A stretch of 64,000 nucleotides of DNA, taken from positions 45,014,001 to 45,078,000 of the forward strand of contig NC_086108.1 of NCBI RefSeq assembly GCF_963921235.1. The letters run 5' to 3'. Shown piece after piece: positions 49,531-63,344 of this stretch. The notes below the pieces were generated by a model. It searched no databases. It was not told the origin of the DNA and saw nothing but the letters and a program-made list of their open reading frames with translations. Within the stretch, counting starts at the first letter, position 1. Each line of letters begins with the position of its first letter. Made by a program: the position numbers and the translations under genes. Source of the stretch: Mobula hypostoma (taxonomy: Eukaryota).

Positions 49531-52084
49531 TTTACTGACAGTTTGCCTGACACAAATTTAAATGTAACCTGAGCCACTCATGTGAGTGGAGCAAAAATAA
49601 CATAGTTATCTTCAAAATAAATTGCGTTTTAGCTGAAATCTTTTGTGTTCTTATTGCCAAGTGGGTTCTAAACCAAATATACTTTATTGGTTTGTCAGCA
49701 GTGCATTTTAAAAGAGCATTTTAGGATTGCAAGGGAAGAGTTAGTTTAAAAAAGCAACAGCTTAAGTATGGCATTATCCCAAACCATTAAATATTGTATT
49801 TACAAAAACCGTGACCCTTATCCCTATCCCCTTTAGGAAAGCGCGATTCAACTACTGGAATTCTTTGGTCAAGGGCTTTCAACCATTTTAATTAGTCTGA
49901 AAGATGTGCATGTTCTGATTTCCCCTTACACCCTCATTTAATTTGTGTTTGGATTGCAGAGTAAAGGACTGACTATGATTTGAGAAAAGGAGACTAAAGC
50001 ACACTCTAAATTATCATGTTTATTGAACTGCATTACATTTACTGAAAGTATTTCCAAAATATTAGAAATGAGCTCACTTTTGAATATTAGAAAATACCCC
50101 GTATTTAAAAGGTCATCTGGTCATCAAAGGAAGGGGCAATGCATTACTGGCATTGAAAGTAAAATTTAAGTTAAACACTGCAGAAACATTAACTTAAAAA
50201 ATTACATTTCCGATCTCACAATGGATCAATGTTAATCTTTGATCTCTAGTTGGTTGAGGTAGGAAAGAAACTAACCAGGATTTTTGCCTCTAGTACATAT
50301 GTACTTGGACAAGAAGTGAATTGCTCTTGCTTGTGATGCTCTACTTGGTGGAATAACCGTCAGGTCATTTTTTTTGTTAGATTGGAGATCAGCACTTAGG
50401 TGATGCAGTGGGAGCAGTCAACACTCACTGTAGCATATTTCGGCAAATGGTCTTGCTTAAGGGAAGGAGTGAGCCACAGGATAAAACTTAAACCTTTCTG
50501 GTCTTCACACAAACTATTAGCTGCTCAATTCAGTGATGTTATTTTGTATAATTAATGAAAAGTGCAACAAAAACACTTTTTTTTCCTGGAAAATTTCAAG
50601 TTTTTAAAAAAAATTTTCAGATGGAATATTTGTTTTACAGAACTCCAATATATCAGCAGTCTGTCTCTTGGTAATCAATCACAGATTGCAAATCACATGA
50701 GGAACAAATCTCTAAGATATGTTCTTCATGTCTAGTGTGTTGGGTTATTTTCATGTCTTGTGGTTTGAATTTGGCTGCTATCATTTCAGAGGAATTTCCT
50801 GCCATCTGTATTCAATCGAATTTTCTCACAGATTTGTGCTTGCTAGTAAATATAAGGATCTGGCAGTAGATGCTTTGTTCATCTTCAGTGACAGCCATTT
50901 TAGTTAAACTGTTAACAGCATTTTGGCAAAATCCATTAGATCCAAATGAGCTTCTTACTATTATTAAAAAAAGAGATACAAGCTGGTGCAATATTGAATG
51001 CATGACAAAGGGGAACCATTGCTAAAATTCATCTGATGAGCTGCATTGAAACAAGGCCAGAGAATCAGGCAAATTGATGCATAATTGAAAGGGGAAACAA
51101 GTGCTGGGTTTGGTTATAGATATTTATTTGATGTTTTCAGAGAACTGTTATTGTCACAAATATTTATTTATCTTTTTGAAATTTGGTACATTGGTTATTA
51201 GGTTTCTCAAAGAAGATACCCCTTAAGCAAAGGAAGAAAATGTTGTTTTGATTCAAATTATAAAAGAGATTTTCATTTTATTTAATTTAACAAATGGTAT
51301 CAGCGCTCAGAAAAACCATTTTTATCTCATATATGGATGTGTACAATTGTAACAAAATATTATAAACATGCTACATTAATTTAGACATAGATTGTATTCA
51401 CTATATAATAGGCATCCAAAGATTAGGAAATACAAATCAATTTAATGTCTCAGATGGTTTATATGCAAACCAGCAGCAGCTTGGCGGTGCTTCTCAGAAT
51501 GGGATCTAATTAACATGAGTTGTGTGAGTTAATTGAAGGACCTGGGTCATTTGTACAAAGGTTAGAAATTTGCAGACCAAGTTAACCTCCTATGTATAAG
51601 GGCTAATTCAATGATTGTAGCTCTCTAAGCAGGAAGGGAAGCACTTGTAGATGTCACTCACTGGGAGATCACGGGATTTTCTCAATGGAATTTAATGAAC
51701 AGAAACATCGGGGCTGCTGGCGTGAAATTTCTCGAGGTTTACTCCCTGAAACCCTGTTTCTTCAGCTTGATTGTTATTGGGTTTGGACAATGTTATAGGC
51801 TTTGTGAAGCTGTCTGAGTTCCCTGCTGTCTTGTATCCATGAAGTTCACTGTATCTCTTCAGTATGTGTAACAATGGATATGCACATCTTGTTTAGGTGT
51901 TTGTGTTGGTGGGATAGGTTAGCATGCCAGATTGCAATGCTTGGTGCTTGTCATGCAGTTAATAATCATCAATCTACATTAATCAATTATTAATTAAAGT
52001 GCTTTTATTTCAAGTTTATTCAACAGTTTTTAAATCAGTAAATATTGCAACAAACCTTGCATCACAATATACCTATATTGTCAG

Positions 52085-52350
52085 CTATGAGTCAATGAAG
52101 GCTGTGGATTCAAATCTCAGCCAGAGTCTAGAACTGAAAGATTTAAACTGACATTCTGATGTGGTTCTTAAGGTGTGCTACCATTGAAGGTGCTGTCTTG
52201 AATGAAATATTAAACCACATGTCTCAGATGGATGTAAACGATCCAGTGTCACTATTTCAAACATATGCTATTATTTCCAGATTGCAGGCCAATATTTTCT
52301 GATGCGGAGGCAGCCCTCAGCTCTGTCATCCCGGGGCACTATCATCCCTC
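52085..52350 (+). mobile_element. Deu-domain SINE, old
   Basis: gaaggctgtggattcaaatctc...gaaggtgctgtcttgaatgaaatattaaacc...ctcagatggatgtaaacgatcc..cactatttc..ggccaatattt. Confidence 0.7.
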
Positions 52351-54955
52351 AACTTGTTAAACAACAAATTTGTAAAAAAAAAAGTAAAAGCAAGAACATT
52401 AAATCATGAATATGAAAAAGCTTTGGGAATAAGCAATGGGTCAATGCTGTTCAAAATAATATAATTCAGTGTACTAACTAGACCCATCATAAAACAATGG
52501 CTTGCCTTTCATTGTACCATGTTGCTGTAATGCTACTGATAGGTGAATTTATAGTACAACTCCACTCCCCCACCCCCCCCAGTCCAGAAGAATAGGACTA
52601 TTCTATCAGATCTGTGCTGGAATTTTCAGCAAAAATATCTAATTGGTAACTGAAGATATACAATTAGTGGAAAACAATCCACTTGCTTAGGAATCTTTTG
52701 ACATTTGGATTCAATTTCATCCTAGAAGCAAAACAGGATTTTCAGATTAGCATACACTCTGAAATAGGCATCCCTTTCTAATTAGCTAGCCTTGTTGTTT
52801 AAATGCTAGTATGCCTAGTGAATCTAATAGATGGAAGGTTTTGAAGGTTACTTGACAGAATTATTATTTGAAGTGTAACTATGTTAATTAGTGAAAGAAA
52901 AATATATTTTATTTTGTGCTAGTGGTGAAATTCTTTGTTCAGTAAGGTGGAGAGTTTCACTATTGTGGATGTTTTAGACATCTGCTATCATCAATGTGAA
53001 CTTCCCCCAAGCTCAGGTAGAGCATATGTGGTAACAAACTAAACTTCTTTCTACATCATCCCATCTAAACTTTTAAAGGTCAAAAAATGATAAAGATCTT
53101 TATATTTTGCAATGCTCTTCTGTCTTGACCTCAGAAAGGCAGCCACTGCTGAACAGCTGTAATAGGCTTCAGGCCTGCAGATCCGTTGGGCAGTTAGTTT
53201 TTGTCAACCTCCAGTTTTCAGCTGGAAGGTCTGGAGATGCCTAAAAACAGCTCTGAAAATTTTAGTCCTTCAGTTTCATGGAGAAGAAAGCAAGATGGAA
53301 AACTGAATTTCCTGTCCTGCCTTAGTCCCACACCTGCCTCTGTACTGGGTTAGGCTTAAATTTTGGTCAGAGGTCTCTGCAATTTAGGAGAAGATTCATG
53401 TAAATAGAGTTCTATCCCTAATAACTATCCACAGGAACAGGAAGAACACCCCCGCATGCCTATGAGATGAATATCTTTAACACAATGCTAAAAACTTGTT
53501 GCTAAACATTATTGTCTAAAAGTGAATCGGTGTGATTCCAGCATTAATTCCTACACTCACAGCTAAGTTGTGGCAAGTTGCAGATCAAGCTTGTAGTCAA
53601 CTCACTGAAGGTCTGCTTTACTTCAAGTGTTCTGCAGTTTTCAGACTGATGTACAACACATTGCTTCACTGAAGTATGATTTAAAAAGTGCAAGGTGCAG
53701 ATAATTTAAATGATATCCATCTTCTTTTGCATTACCTTGATGAGCTGGCAAATCTGGTATTATGCTGCCCATCCTGGTGCCTATGAAGGGTTTTGATGTC
53801 TTTATCTTAAACCAATACTGTTTGTTTAGTTGGATGAATTTTCTGAAGGTATTACATTCTAGTGATGAATGTACATTGTCACACCATTCTGATTTAATTT
53901 TCACCTTTAGTGATTCACCTCCCCCTGCTGTAGCCCCTTTTACCCCCTCTCCCATCAGCCCTGGAAATGCTGACCTTTGATGTTTGAGCTTTTGCTGATG
54001 GATGCTGCATCCATTGTGTCTCTGAGGCTGATGTTCTTTATGCGTGTGCCTGGGCTGTTGCTGACGAAGAGGGAGCATTGTTTTCACTTGCCATCCAAGA
54101 ATATTCAGATTTTTAAAAATTCAGCCACAGGACCATAACCAGAATTAGGAGTCCAGTGGGAGCTTTCTCTGAACTCGGCTGTGCTTGGGGTTAAAACAGT
54201 GGGTGTTGTTTGGGTGATGGTGCCTCTGTCGTAAACCATACAGTCAGGGTTCATGGTGTTGCTTTTCCCCAAATCAGCGTTCAGGATCTTTTACTGATCA
54301 GGGTGAATCATTTGTGGGTCCCACAAATCGTGTGTAATATGAGACTAAATCAAAAAGGCAGTATCTTGGCTTTACATTTGACCTTTTAATTTTGGAGTAA
54401 AATAATAACATTTAAATTACCTGCTGCTAGTCCATCCCCTGCACAACATGTTGTGTGGGCTTAAACTGGGGGATATCTTTCCTTTGCCTCCAATTGAAAC
54501 TGCACCGGAACCTGGAATAGAGCACAAATGGTTTCCATTAGAATTCAGTTCATGAATTAATATGAGCAAATTTTCACACATGAGCTGTGGGTGAGAGGAG
54601 GAACTTGATTCTATAGTGAAGCAGCCTATCAACAATTACCATCGGGAATCACACAGAAGGATGGCTAGGAGATGAGACACTGGATACATGCTAATATCCA
54701 AGTTAGTAGTCAGCATTTCAGTAGTTTGAAGAGAGAAATAAAAGCATGTGAGTTCAATTAACGAGTGCAATCCAAATTGGAGATGACTGGTTTTAGATTA
54801 AAAAAATTCAATCTATATGGAAATAACTCTTACATGTAAATAACTTATGTAGGTATATATATTAACAAGAATTAAAATGCTTGAATTGCATTGAGGTTAA
54901 TAAGATAATTTCTCAAAACATGTGGACATAACATAGACAGTCTGCAAGATTGTTT

Positions 54956-55498
54956 GTATCTTCATTTGGACAGTATGAGAATGTGTGTACGCATCTTCAT
55001 TACGGTGTGAGAATGTGTGCCCGTATTTTCATTTGGACAGTTTGAGAATGTGTGCCCGTATCTTCATTTGGACAGTGTGAGAATGTGTGTACATATCTTC
55101 ATTTGGACAGTGTGGGCATGTGTGTATGTATCTTCATTTGGACAGTTTGAGAATGTGTGTACGTATCTTCATTTGGACAGTGTGAGAATGTGTGTACATA
55201 TCTTCATTTGGACAGTGTGGGCATGTGTGTACGTATCTTCATTTGGACAGTTTGAGAATGTGTGTACGTATCTTCATTTGGACAGTGTGAGAATGTGTGT
55301 ACGTATCTTCATCTGGACTGTGCGAGGATGTGTGTCCGTATCTTCATTTGGACAGTGTGAGAATGTGTGTCCGTATCTTCATTTGGACAGTGTGAGAATG
55401 TGTGTCCGTATCGTCATTTGGACAGTGTGAGAATGTGTGTACATATCTTCATTTGGACAGTGTGGGCATGTGTGTACGTATCTTCATTTGGACAGTGA
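54956..55498. repeat. 35-bp minisatellite, about 15.5 copies
   Basis: Unit gtatcttcatttggacagtgtgagaatgtgtgtac; atttggacag recurs at 55031, 55101, 55171, 55241, 55381, 55451. Confidence 0.97.
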
Positions 55499-58400
55499 AT
55501 GAAGTTATTGGTTTCAGGAATGCAGCTACAGTTTTACATTTCCTTTGCACTAAATTTATTTTATAATCAAAACTTTCACATCAACTTAAAATTAATTGTG
55601 CTCATTTTACCTTGACAACGTGCCTGTGGATTGAAAACCATGCTTGAGTTACGTGGATAATCAAGGGATCTGCTATTGTAGTAAGCATATTTTCAAACAT
55701 TCAGATTGCACCAGTTTTATGAAAACCAGAGTTATTGTTTTAATGCCTAATTATAAAGGTAATTTATTTTCAGTTTCAATCAGCAGAAAGCTTTTCCTGC
55801 TACGGGGCTCACTCAAAATGTGTTCCAGGCAAGAGCTGTGTGACCATCTCCATTGTGCATCTTCAGCCATTAAGCTTCCAGATAGTGAATACATTTGTCA
55901 ACAGTGTTATTATTGACATTTAACTATCATGCATCTGCAGGTTTAGAGCTCTGTATATGCAAGATGACAGACTATTGTTAGTCCCTGCACATGAAAACTA
56001 CCATTGTATTCTATGCCCAGCAGTTCTGTTCGGGCAACAGTTGTATATTCAGTATATATATTTTCTGGCCTTACAACATCTCAAACATATGTCAATATAT
56101 AGTTACAGAAAATACTTTTCAAGTTTCAGTATTCATTTTTTCAATCTAGTTGATTTATGATGGGAGAAATTCTTCACATCATTCAAAACTAGCTTTCACT
56201 AAAAAGAACAATATGATATTCAGGAAACTGTGGTTTATACTTGGTGTCGTGCCAGTTGGATAAAACAGATTTTATTTCTTTTGTGTGTGGCACTTCACAA
56301 ACTGTTTCAACAAAAGGAACTTCACTTAAACAAAGTACTTCATTTTCTTTTGTTTTGTAATTGTATTAATACTGCATTGAGCAACAGCGAATATACAAGG
56401 GTTTCTTGTAAGTGACCTTATTGTGCTGTTTGGTACAGTACTTTCCATAGATGTTCTGATTCTGTGCTTGCACACATTGTTGATGAGGTAAAGTGAGACT
56501 GATAGTTTATCCAGTCACAACCAATTGTCTGGATTCTGTCCAAAGTTTTAATTTCCACAAACCACTTCAAACGGAACTTGCACATGAACTGTCTGAAAGA
56601 AATTACCCAAGTGACTAGGGGTGAACATAAGTGTCTTATAATGATGTAGATGAAATAAGGAGTGTTAAGTCATCTCCCACAGGAGGGCCAAAAGGTTAAA
56701 CTTAGTTAAGTTGCTTGTAAGAACTGAATTTTAATGTTTTTCTCCCATTCTTCCCCCAAGGTAAACCACTTGAGGCTATTTTGTGCATGGGTCGAGCTTT
56801 GATATATTATGTTTTGTGGGCATCAGTACTCTATGTCATGGGATGTGGCAGGACTGAGTGGGATATTGCTGTAAGTCACCCAATGCTGACAGGCATTCAC
56901 TTTTCATTGGGGATCATCAAAGAGTGATCAGGAATCAGAATTCTTCAGGAATTTTCACTTCCTCAGCGAATGATTCAGGTATGAAACTGATAACTATTCA
57001 TGTGTTGGTTTTCACAATTAAGGTATTTTTACAGCTTAAGAAAAATTGTGTCAGTTCAGTGCCCAAATCCAGATGGAAATATACATGTAAGTAATTAGCA
57101 TAGGTTTCTAGGGCAGATTTGGCCTTATACCAGCATCTTGCCTATCAATGCTTGTGCAAAACCCTTCTGACAACTTAAATTTAAAGGGATGTATGCACTT
57201 TAAGATGAGTGGTTGCATATGGGGAAAGTATTGTTTTAGCTTGTATGAAGCTTTGAAGTGGATTTTAAATATCCTCTAGTTTTTGGCAAAGTAGTGTAAA
57301 TTAAGCTGGTGAAAGGAAGGGGAAAGAGTAGAGCTGGGGTTGTAGATGGAAGCTGGTGGAGAGAGAAAAGGAAGGTTAAATGAAACGAAAGGAAACCAGC
57401 TTGGACTGTGGAGAAACGACAAAGTAATGCAGCATTCAACTTCTACTTTGATCATGGTAAGGTGGGCAAGCTGGATGTTAAGAGGGTTGTGTGTTTTTCA
57501 TATAGAGAATCACTCTGGATATTAGCATGCCTATGAGGTGGTTGCCAGCTGAACAGTCTTCACAGTACATAGATCATTTAATCTTGTATGAAATCTGGTG
57601 CCAGGAACAGATTCTGCACCCTTTAGAGTCTACACTCTTTTCTACATGAAAGTTGGAAAGATGATCAGAATTTTACTTGAAGGCGTGAGTTTAAAGAAAA
57701 GGTTTTAAAAAAGGAGAGCTTTGCCAAGATAAAGTTTAGGGGTAAAAAACTATCAGGCCTGGGTGATAAAAATGATGGCATCCAACTAAAGGGGGAAATG
57801 GCAGAAGGCTTGCAGAAAAGTTTAGTTTTGGGGAAATGAAGTATTTGTAGGAATGGGTAGGTGGTAATTCATGATCCTTGGAAGAATTATTAAGAGCATT
57901 AAGGATGTACACATTTGAAATTGTGTATTATATTGCAAATTGTGTATCACCCCATGCCAAAAGTGGCCTAAATTTCTTCACTGCCCCAGATTACTGTATT
58001 TCTATTGCTGCCATCACTTGAGTTGCATGTGGCATGATCTGCATTATTCCTGTAGCTTATTGGTGATTCCTCCATCAGGGACATCAAGTCAAAGCTAAGT
58101 GTGACTGTGCATTATCCCAGCACTAAAGTCTCTGATATAATGTACGAGCTCCCTTGCCTTCTAACTTACTCCCCCTCTGTAAAAAGGATTGTTGTCCACA
58201 TTGGCACGAATGACATTGTTCAGCAACAATCTTAGCTTCTCAAATGCGAATTTAGTGATCTGTTTGAAATTCTAAAAGTTGGTGGCAAGGATATTTTTAT
58301 TTCCTGACCAATCCCCATGTTGCATTGCAGCTCTGGGTGTTTTTTTTTAACTTTAATCTATTTTATTAATGCGCCACATTTTTCAAACCCAGTGGTCTTC

Positions 58401-59153
58401 AACCAAACAGTCTAGGCTCATGGATGCTGTCTGCAAACCCACGTGGATGACTATTTACAATCATTGACGTGTATGATCCTTCCTTAACTTCTTCCTCCTC
58501 AGCGTGCACCCGCTCTGTAAATGTTACCCATCCTATTCAGACCATTGTCGCTGGAAAGGCCCCTGATTGAACTATCCTATGAAAGGTGTTAACAAAAATA
58601 ACATTCTACTCTTAAACTCTGCCTTCCCTGTTGCTCCACTCCAGGCTATTCTGTTTAAGCTAGCTCTTGTAAATGTGAGATCCCTTTCAAATAAGACTCT
58701 TATTACCTCTCCAGAACTTGAATTTATGTTTCTTAACTGAGACCTGGTTAAAGCCAGATGAATATTATCTGAACCCCTTAACTATGACAGTTTCAGGGGA
58801 CCAAGGCCCAATGGCTGAAGTGGCAGGCTTGCCATATATTCAAAGAGCATTTTATGTGCAATTTACTGTCAGTCAACAAACTTTCAAGTTTTGAGGTACA
58901 TATGTTTAAGTTTGTGGTACAGATCCTGTCTTCTGTGTTAATATTTATCTGTCTCCTAAATCCAATGCCTGCTTTCTCTCAGAATTCTTGTTCTATATTA
59001 TATTGAACTATGACAGGATTGTCATTGCTGGTGATTTCAATGTTCATACTAATGATCTCTCGAATATGAACTCTATGACAGCCGAATTCATGAACTTGCT
59101 AGACAGCCTAGATCTTACCCTGCTTGTCACTGAGCCCACCCATCGACTGGAAA

Positions 59154-59361
59154 CACTGTTTCCTTTGTTCTGCATGGGTGCACGGCCGCACAGTAACTGC
59201 AATGCTCCCATGCACATAGCCTTTGTTGCCACTCAAATGGAATTTTCTTTTATATAATATTTTATTAAAGTGCCACGTAGTTTACAGATCATGTAAACAT
59301 TTCCTGCTCAGAGCAATGTTTGGTACGCACAGCTGTAAAAAAAAAATTAGAGGGAATTTTG
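59154..59361 (+). mobile_element. hAT-derived MITE (208 bp)
   Basis: Ends cactgtttcctt / ttagagggaattttg; interrupts L2 EPTHRL|GSTLDL; ends and body match the 61181-62086 element. Confidence 0.8.
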
Positions 59362-61180
59362 CTTGGAAGTACTCTTGACTTGGTAACAACAAAAGGGTTA
59401 AATAGTATTAATAGCCCTCTGTCTGATATCACTATCTCTGACTATTTTTGTGTACTTTTTTGATGCACTCCTGTCTGTAACCAAGACCACAAAAGGAATT
59501 AGTTTAAAAAAAAGTTTCTTGATGCCGCAGCGCAACTTAAATTCTCTGAGCTGTTTAGCTGATCTGACCAGTGTGACCTGAATGGCTCAATAAATGAAAT
59601 GGTTGATATTTTTCAACAACAACTTGACAATATATTAAACACAGTGACTCGACTTAAGGTTAAAAAGAAATTACTTAGTAAAACATCACCATGCTTAAAC
59701 AATTTTGTCCACATGCTCAAGAGATCATGCGGAGTAGCTGAGAGAAAATGGTGAAGGACTGGGTTAAAAGTCGACTGTAATGTTTTCAAGGAAAAACTAG
59801 CCCCCCCCCCCAATGTTACTATATGCTCTGCAAGAAGAACCCATTTTTCCAAGATTATTACAGAATAGTGGTGATTCAATAATATTGCTCTCAACTATAA
59901 ACTGACTATTGAACCCTGCCCCGACCTATAATGTCTTCAGTCAAGCAACTGCTACAAAATGTGAGGAATTTGCCATATTTTTTAATCAACAAAATTACTT
60001 CCATTAGGAAGTGTTTAGCTACAGATACTGGTAACCACTATAGCCAACTTTGTAAAGACTGCAACCATGTCAAAATTTACAAGTATTTCCAATTCAGAAC
60101 TCCATAGATTGTCACAAAAAGAAAACCATCTACTTGCTGTCTCGGCCCTGTGCCTACCACACTTTTAAAGGACTCTTTTAATAGTGTTTTCTATTCTGAA
60201 GAAAATTTATTAACACATCTATTGAAACTGTAGTTTTTCCTGATGCCTTCAAAATTGTGGCCATCAAACCTCTACTTAAGAAAGCAAAACCTTGATAGTG
60301 AGGTACTAGCTAACTGCAGGCCTGTATCAAATTCCCTTCTTGGGCATGATTCATGAGAAAGTCATTTTCAACCAACTCAACAACTTTCTGAACGAGAATA
60401 ATATTTTAGAAAAGCTTCAGTCACATTTTAGAGCAAACCACAACATGGAGGTGACCCTTATCAAAATTGTCAACAACCTTCGGCTCAGCCTGACACCAAC
60501 AGGGTTTCAGTTCTATTCTCCTAGATTTAAGTGCTGCCTTTGACACAATTGATCACAACATTCTCCTAGATTGCCTTCAGAACTGCATTGAGCTCTCTGG
60601 AGGGAAAAAATTTGTCTGTCTTGGAGACCAGTTTTTTAAGAGATATGATGTACCTTGTGGTATTACTCAGGGAAGCTGTCTTGTTCCCTGACTCTTTTCC
60701 TTACCCATGCTCCCTTTAGGAAACATCATTAGAGAACATAAACTTGATTTCCACAGTTATGCAGATGACACACAATTGGATATCGCAATGGAACCTGATG
60801 ATGATAACACCCAATCTTCTCTGACTTCTGGTATGGCTGTAGTTAACAAATGAATTAGCAATAATTTCCTAAAACTAAATGAAAATAAAACTGAAATACT
60901 TTTAGTTGGTCCCAAAGTCGAAAGAGATTGATAAATTTGGGAACTTGGCTCCCCTTGTAAAACCAGAAGGAACAAGCCTGGGTGTTATCCTTGATTCAGA
61001 TTTGAATTTGAAATCCCACTTAAAGTGACCAGAGCAGCATTTATATACTTAAGAAATATTGCAACAATATGCCCGTTTCTGTCACATGATAATGCTGAAA
61101 AACAAATTCATGCCTTTATATTGAACAGACTAGATTACTGCAGTGACCCTTTTACTGGCCTTGCAAAGGAACCTCTTGAT

Positions 61181-62086
61181 CACTGTTCCCTCTAACGAAA
61201 ATGCACATAGCTTTTGTTGCTGCGCAGCTGGAATTTTATGTAGTGTTAATGTAATTTAGAAATCTATGTTAATATAATTGTGAAATGCCCTGTAATTAAT
61301 TAATGAAGATAATCCATAATTTTTCTAAATAATAAATGTACCACCACCTTTACTTTGAAACATTTTAGAGCTTCAGCACACTTAGTACATTGTCAGTATT
61401 TCAAGTTACAACATTGTTACAAATTGTAACAATAAACACAGAATGGAAGTCAGTAGTCCATTGTTAATAAACTGCCAGCCAGCTGAATGCCGACAAAAAA
61501 TAATCAGCTACTATTACAAACTACGACAAAAGTGTTGCCTCAAAAATATTGCAGCAATACTGTGATTTTAAGACTGGTTCATTTGAGACATTCATTGATA
61601 TATTGAACTATGTATTTAGAAATGAAGAATTTGAAGAACTGTCAATTCTTGTTGATATCGTTGGAACATTTCAATATTCTAGTGCTAACTGTGAATATGA
61701 ATTTACTGTCATGAACTCTATCAAATGTAAATCCAGAAACAGATTAGAAGTGGAACATTTGGATGATCTGATGTGGATTACGATGTGTATTTCATCTGGA
61801 TGTGAAATTAATCTGGACAGTGTTTACGGACAATGGATTTGTAATGAAGACAGATGAGAAAAAAGTTTACAAAATGTGAAAGGTTTTCTTTGTTGAACTC
61901 TGTTTTATTATACGCTTCAATTAATAAATAAAATCAGAAGTATGTGATTTTTCAATATTCATAGTATGCATATTACAAAAACAAAAACGTTTAAAGTGCC
62001 GAGAGATTTTCAGACCATGTAAAAATTTCTTGCTCAGAGCAATGGTTGATCTGTGCAGCTGTTTAAAAAAAATAGAGGGAATATTG
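61181..62086 (+). mobile_element. hAT transposon deletion derivative with C-terminal dimerisation-domain remnant
   Basis: TIR cactgttccctcta / tagagggaatattg; 8-bp TSD ctcttgat / ttcttgac; ORF 61549-61857 SSANCEYEFTVMNSIKCKSRNRLEVEHLDDLM. Confidence 0.88.
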
Positions 62087-62912
62087 TTCTTGACAAACTT
62101 CAACTCACTTAGAATGCTGCTGCTAGACTTTAACTAAAACTAGGATGAGGGCGCATATCACTCCCGTCCTAACTACTCTGCATTAGCTTCCTATATCTTT
62201 TAGAATTGATTTCAAAGTTCTCTCACTTATTTTTATAGTTATCAAAGGTCTGGGAGTGGAGTTCATCACAGAATTGTTTTCATTTTATAATCCTGCTCGA
62301 GCTCTCAGGTCTTCTTCCGCCGGTCTCATAAATTTAAACAATCTCCCTCAAAAGATTATAGGCAGGTTAGCGTTTTAGAACTACTGTTCTAAACTGTAGA
62401 ACTCAACACCTAAAACTACAAAGGATGCAGACTCAGTTGACACTTTTAAATGCCAGCTCAAAACTGATTTATTTATCTTTCCTTTTAACTGACATTTTTT
62501 TTCATGTTTGCACTTTATCCTGTTGTAGAAAATATTGAACTACATCATTTGTATGGAAAGTACACTATAAATAAGTCATTATTGTTATAATTATTATGCT
62601 TTAGTGCTTAATACTTAAGAAATATATGGCATGGCATTGCGCCAACAAATAATATTGAAATTTTCATTTTTGTTACTTTTTGGCACACCATTGCATATCC
62701 TTGTTAATGTTCCTAACGTGCGTACATAACAAGCTTTGTTTGTATCTTCAGTCTAAAAAGTGGCAACCCAGTACATACCTTTAAACTATTTATTCACAAA
62801 GTACTCCAAATGTCTTCTAACCTGACAGAAATTTCAAGACTCTGTTCATCATATTATCCTTCAATAAGTGTCGTAAAAGGTGTCAGTATCCCAGGGGAAA
62901 GTGAATAATGAT

Positions 62913-63179
62913 CTAGATAGATAGATAGATATACTTTATTGATCCCGAGGGAAATTGGGTTTTGTTACAGCCGCACCAACCAAGAATAGAGCATAATTAT
63001 AGCAATACAAAAACCACAAACAATCAAACAACAAAATGCAAACTATGCTAGATGGAAAATAAGTCCAGGACCAGCCTATTGGCTCAGGGTGTCTGACCCT
63101 CCACGGGAGAAGCTGCAAGTTCGATGGCCACAGGCAGGAACGATCTCCTGTGCTGCTCAGTGTTGTATCTCGGTGGAAT
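62913..63179 (-). mobile_element. Rex1/Babar 3' end with (TATC)n tail
   Basis: 63060-63179 closely matches parts of 44358-44478 (IPPRYNTEQHRRSFLPVAIEL); gatcaataaagta then (tatc)n. Confidence 0.88.
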
Positions 63180-63344
63180 ATGGCCGAAGTCCAACAGCAA
63201 AAAGTTAAATATCCGGTCTACAAACCCGTTCCTCGATTGTAATATGACCCGTATTGCACCATCTGTTGTTAACCAGAACAGGATCTGTACCAGATCTGTA
63301 GAGAATCTGCATCCTAACATCACTGCCCATGAAACCCAGCAACA

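Larger units (their letters stand above)
58090..62590 (+). mobile_element. Near full-length degraded L2 LINE (ORF1 esterase, APE, RT, 3' tail) with two hAT insertions
   Basis: [83 protein letters not shown]; tail gaaagtacactataaataag. Confidence 0.92.

Noticed and set aside
53641..54087. 148-aa minus-strand ORF and overlapping 72-aa plus ORF
   Set aside because: No recognisable domain or convincing splice boundaries; treated as chance ORFs in unique sequence.
55017..55430. 137-aa repetitive ORF
   Set aside because: By-product of the 35-bp repeat cycling through frames; no splice or start context.
54956..55498. CRISPR-like array of about 35-bp repeats
   Set aside because: Units are head-to-tail with no unique spacers, there are no cas genes, and the context is eukaryotic; it is a minisatellite.
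61549..61857. Domesticated hAT-derived host gene exon
   Set aside because: Lies between TIRs and a TSD inside an L2, and the conserved ERGFS-type motif is decayed (EYEFT).
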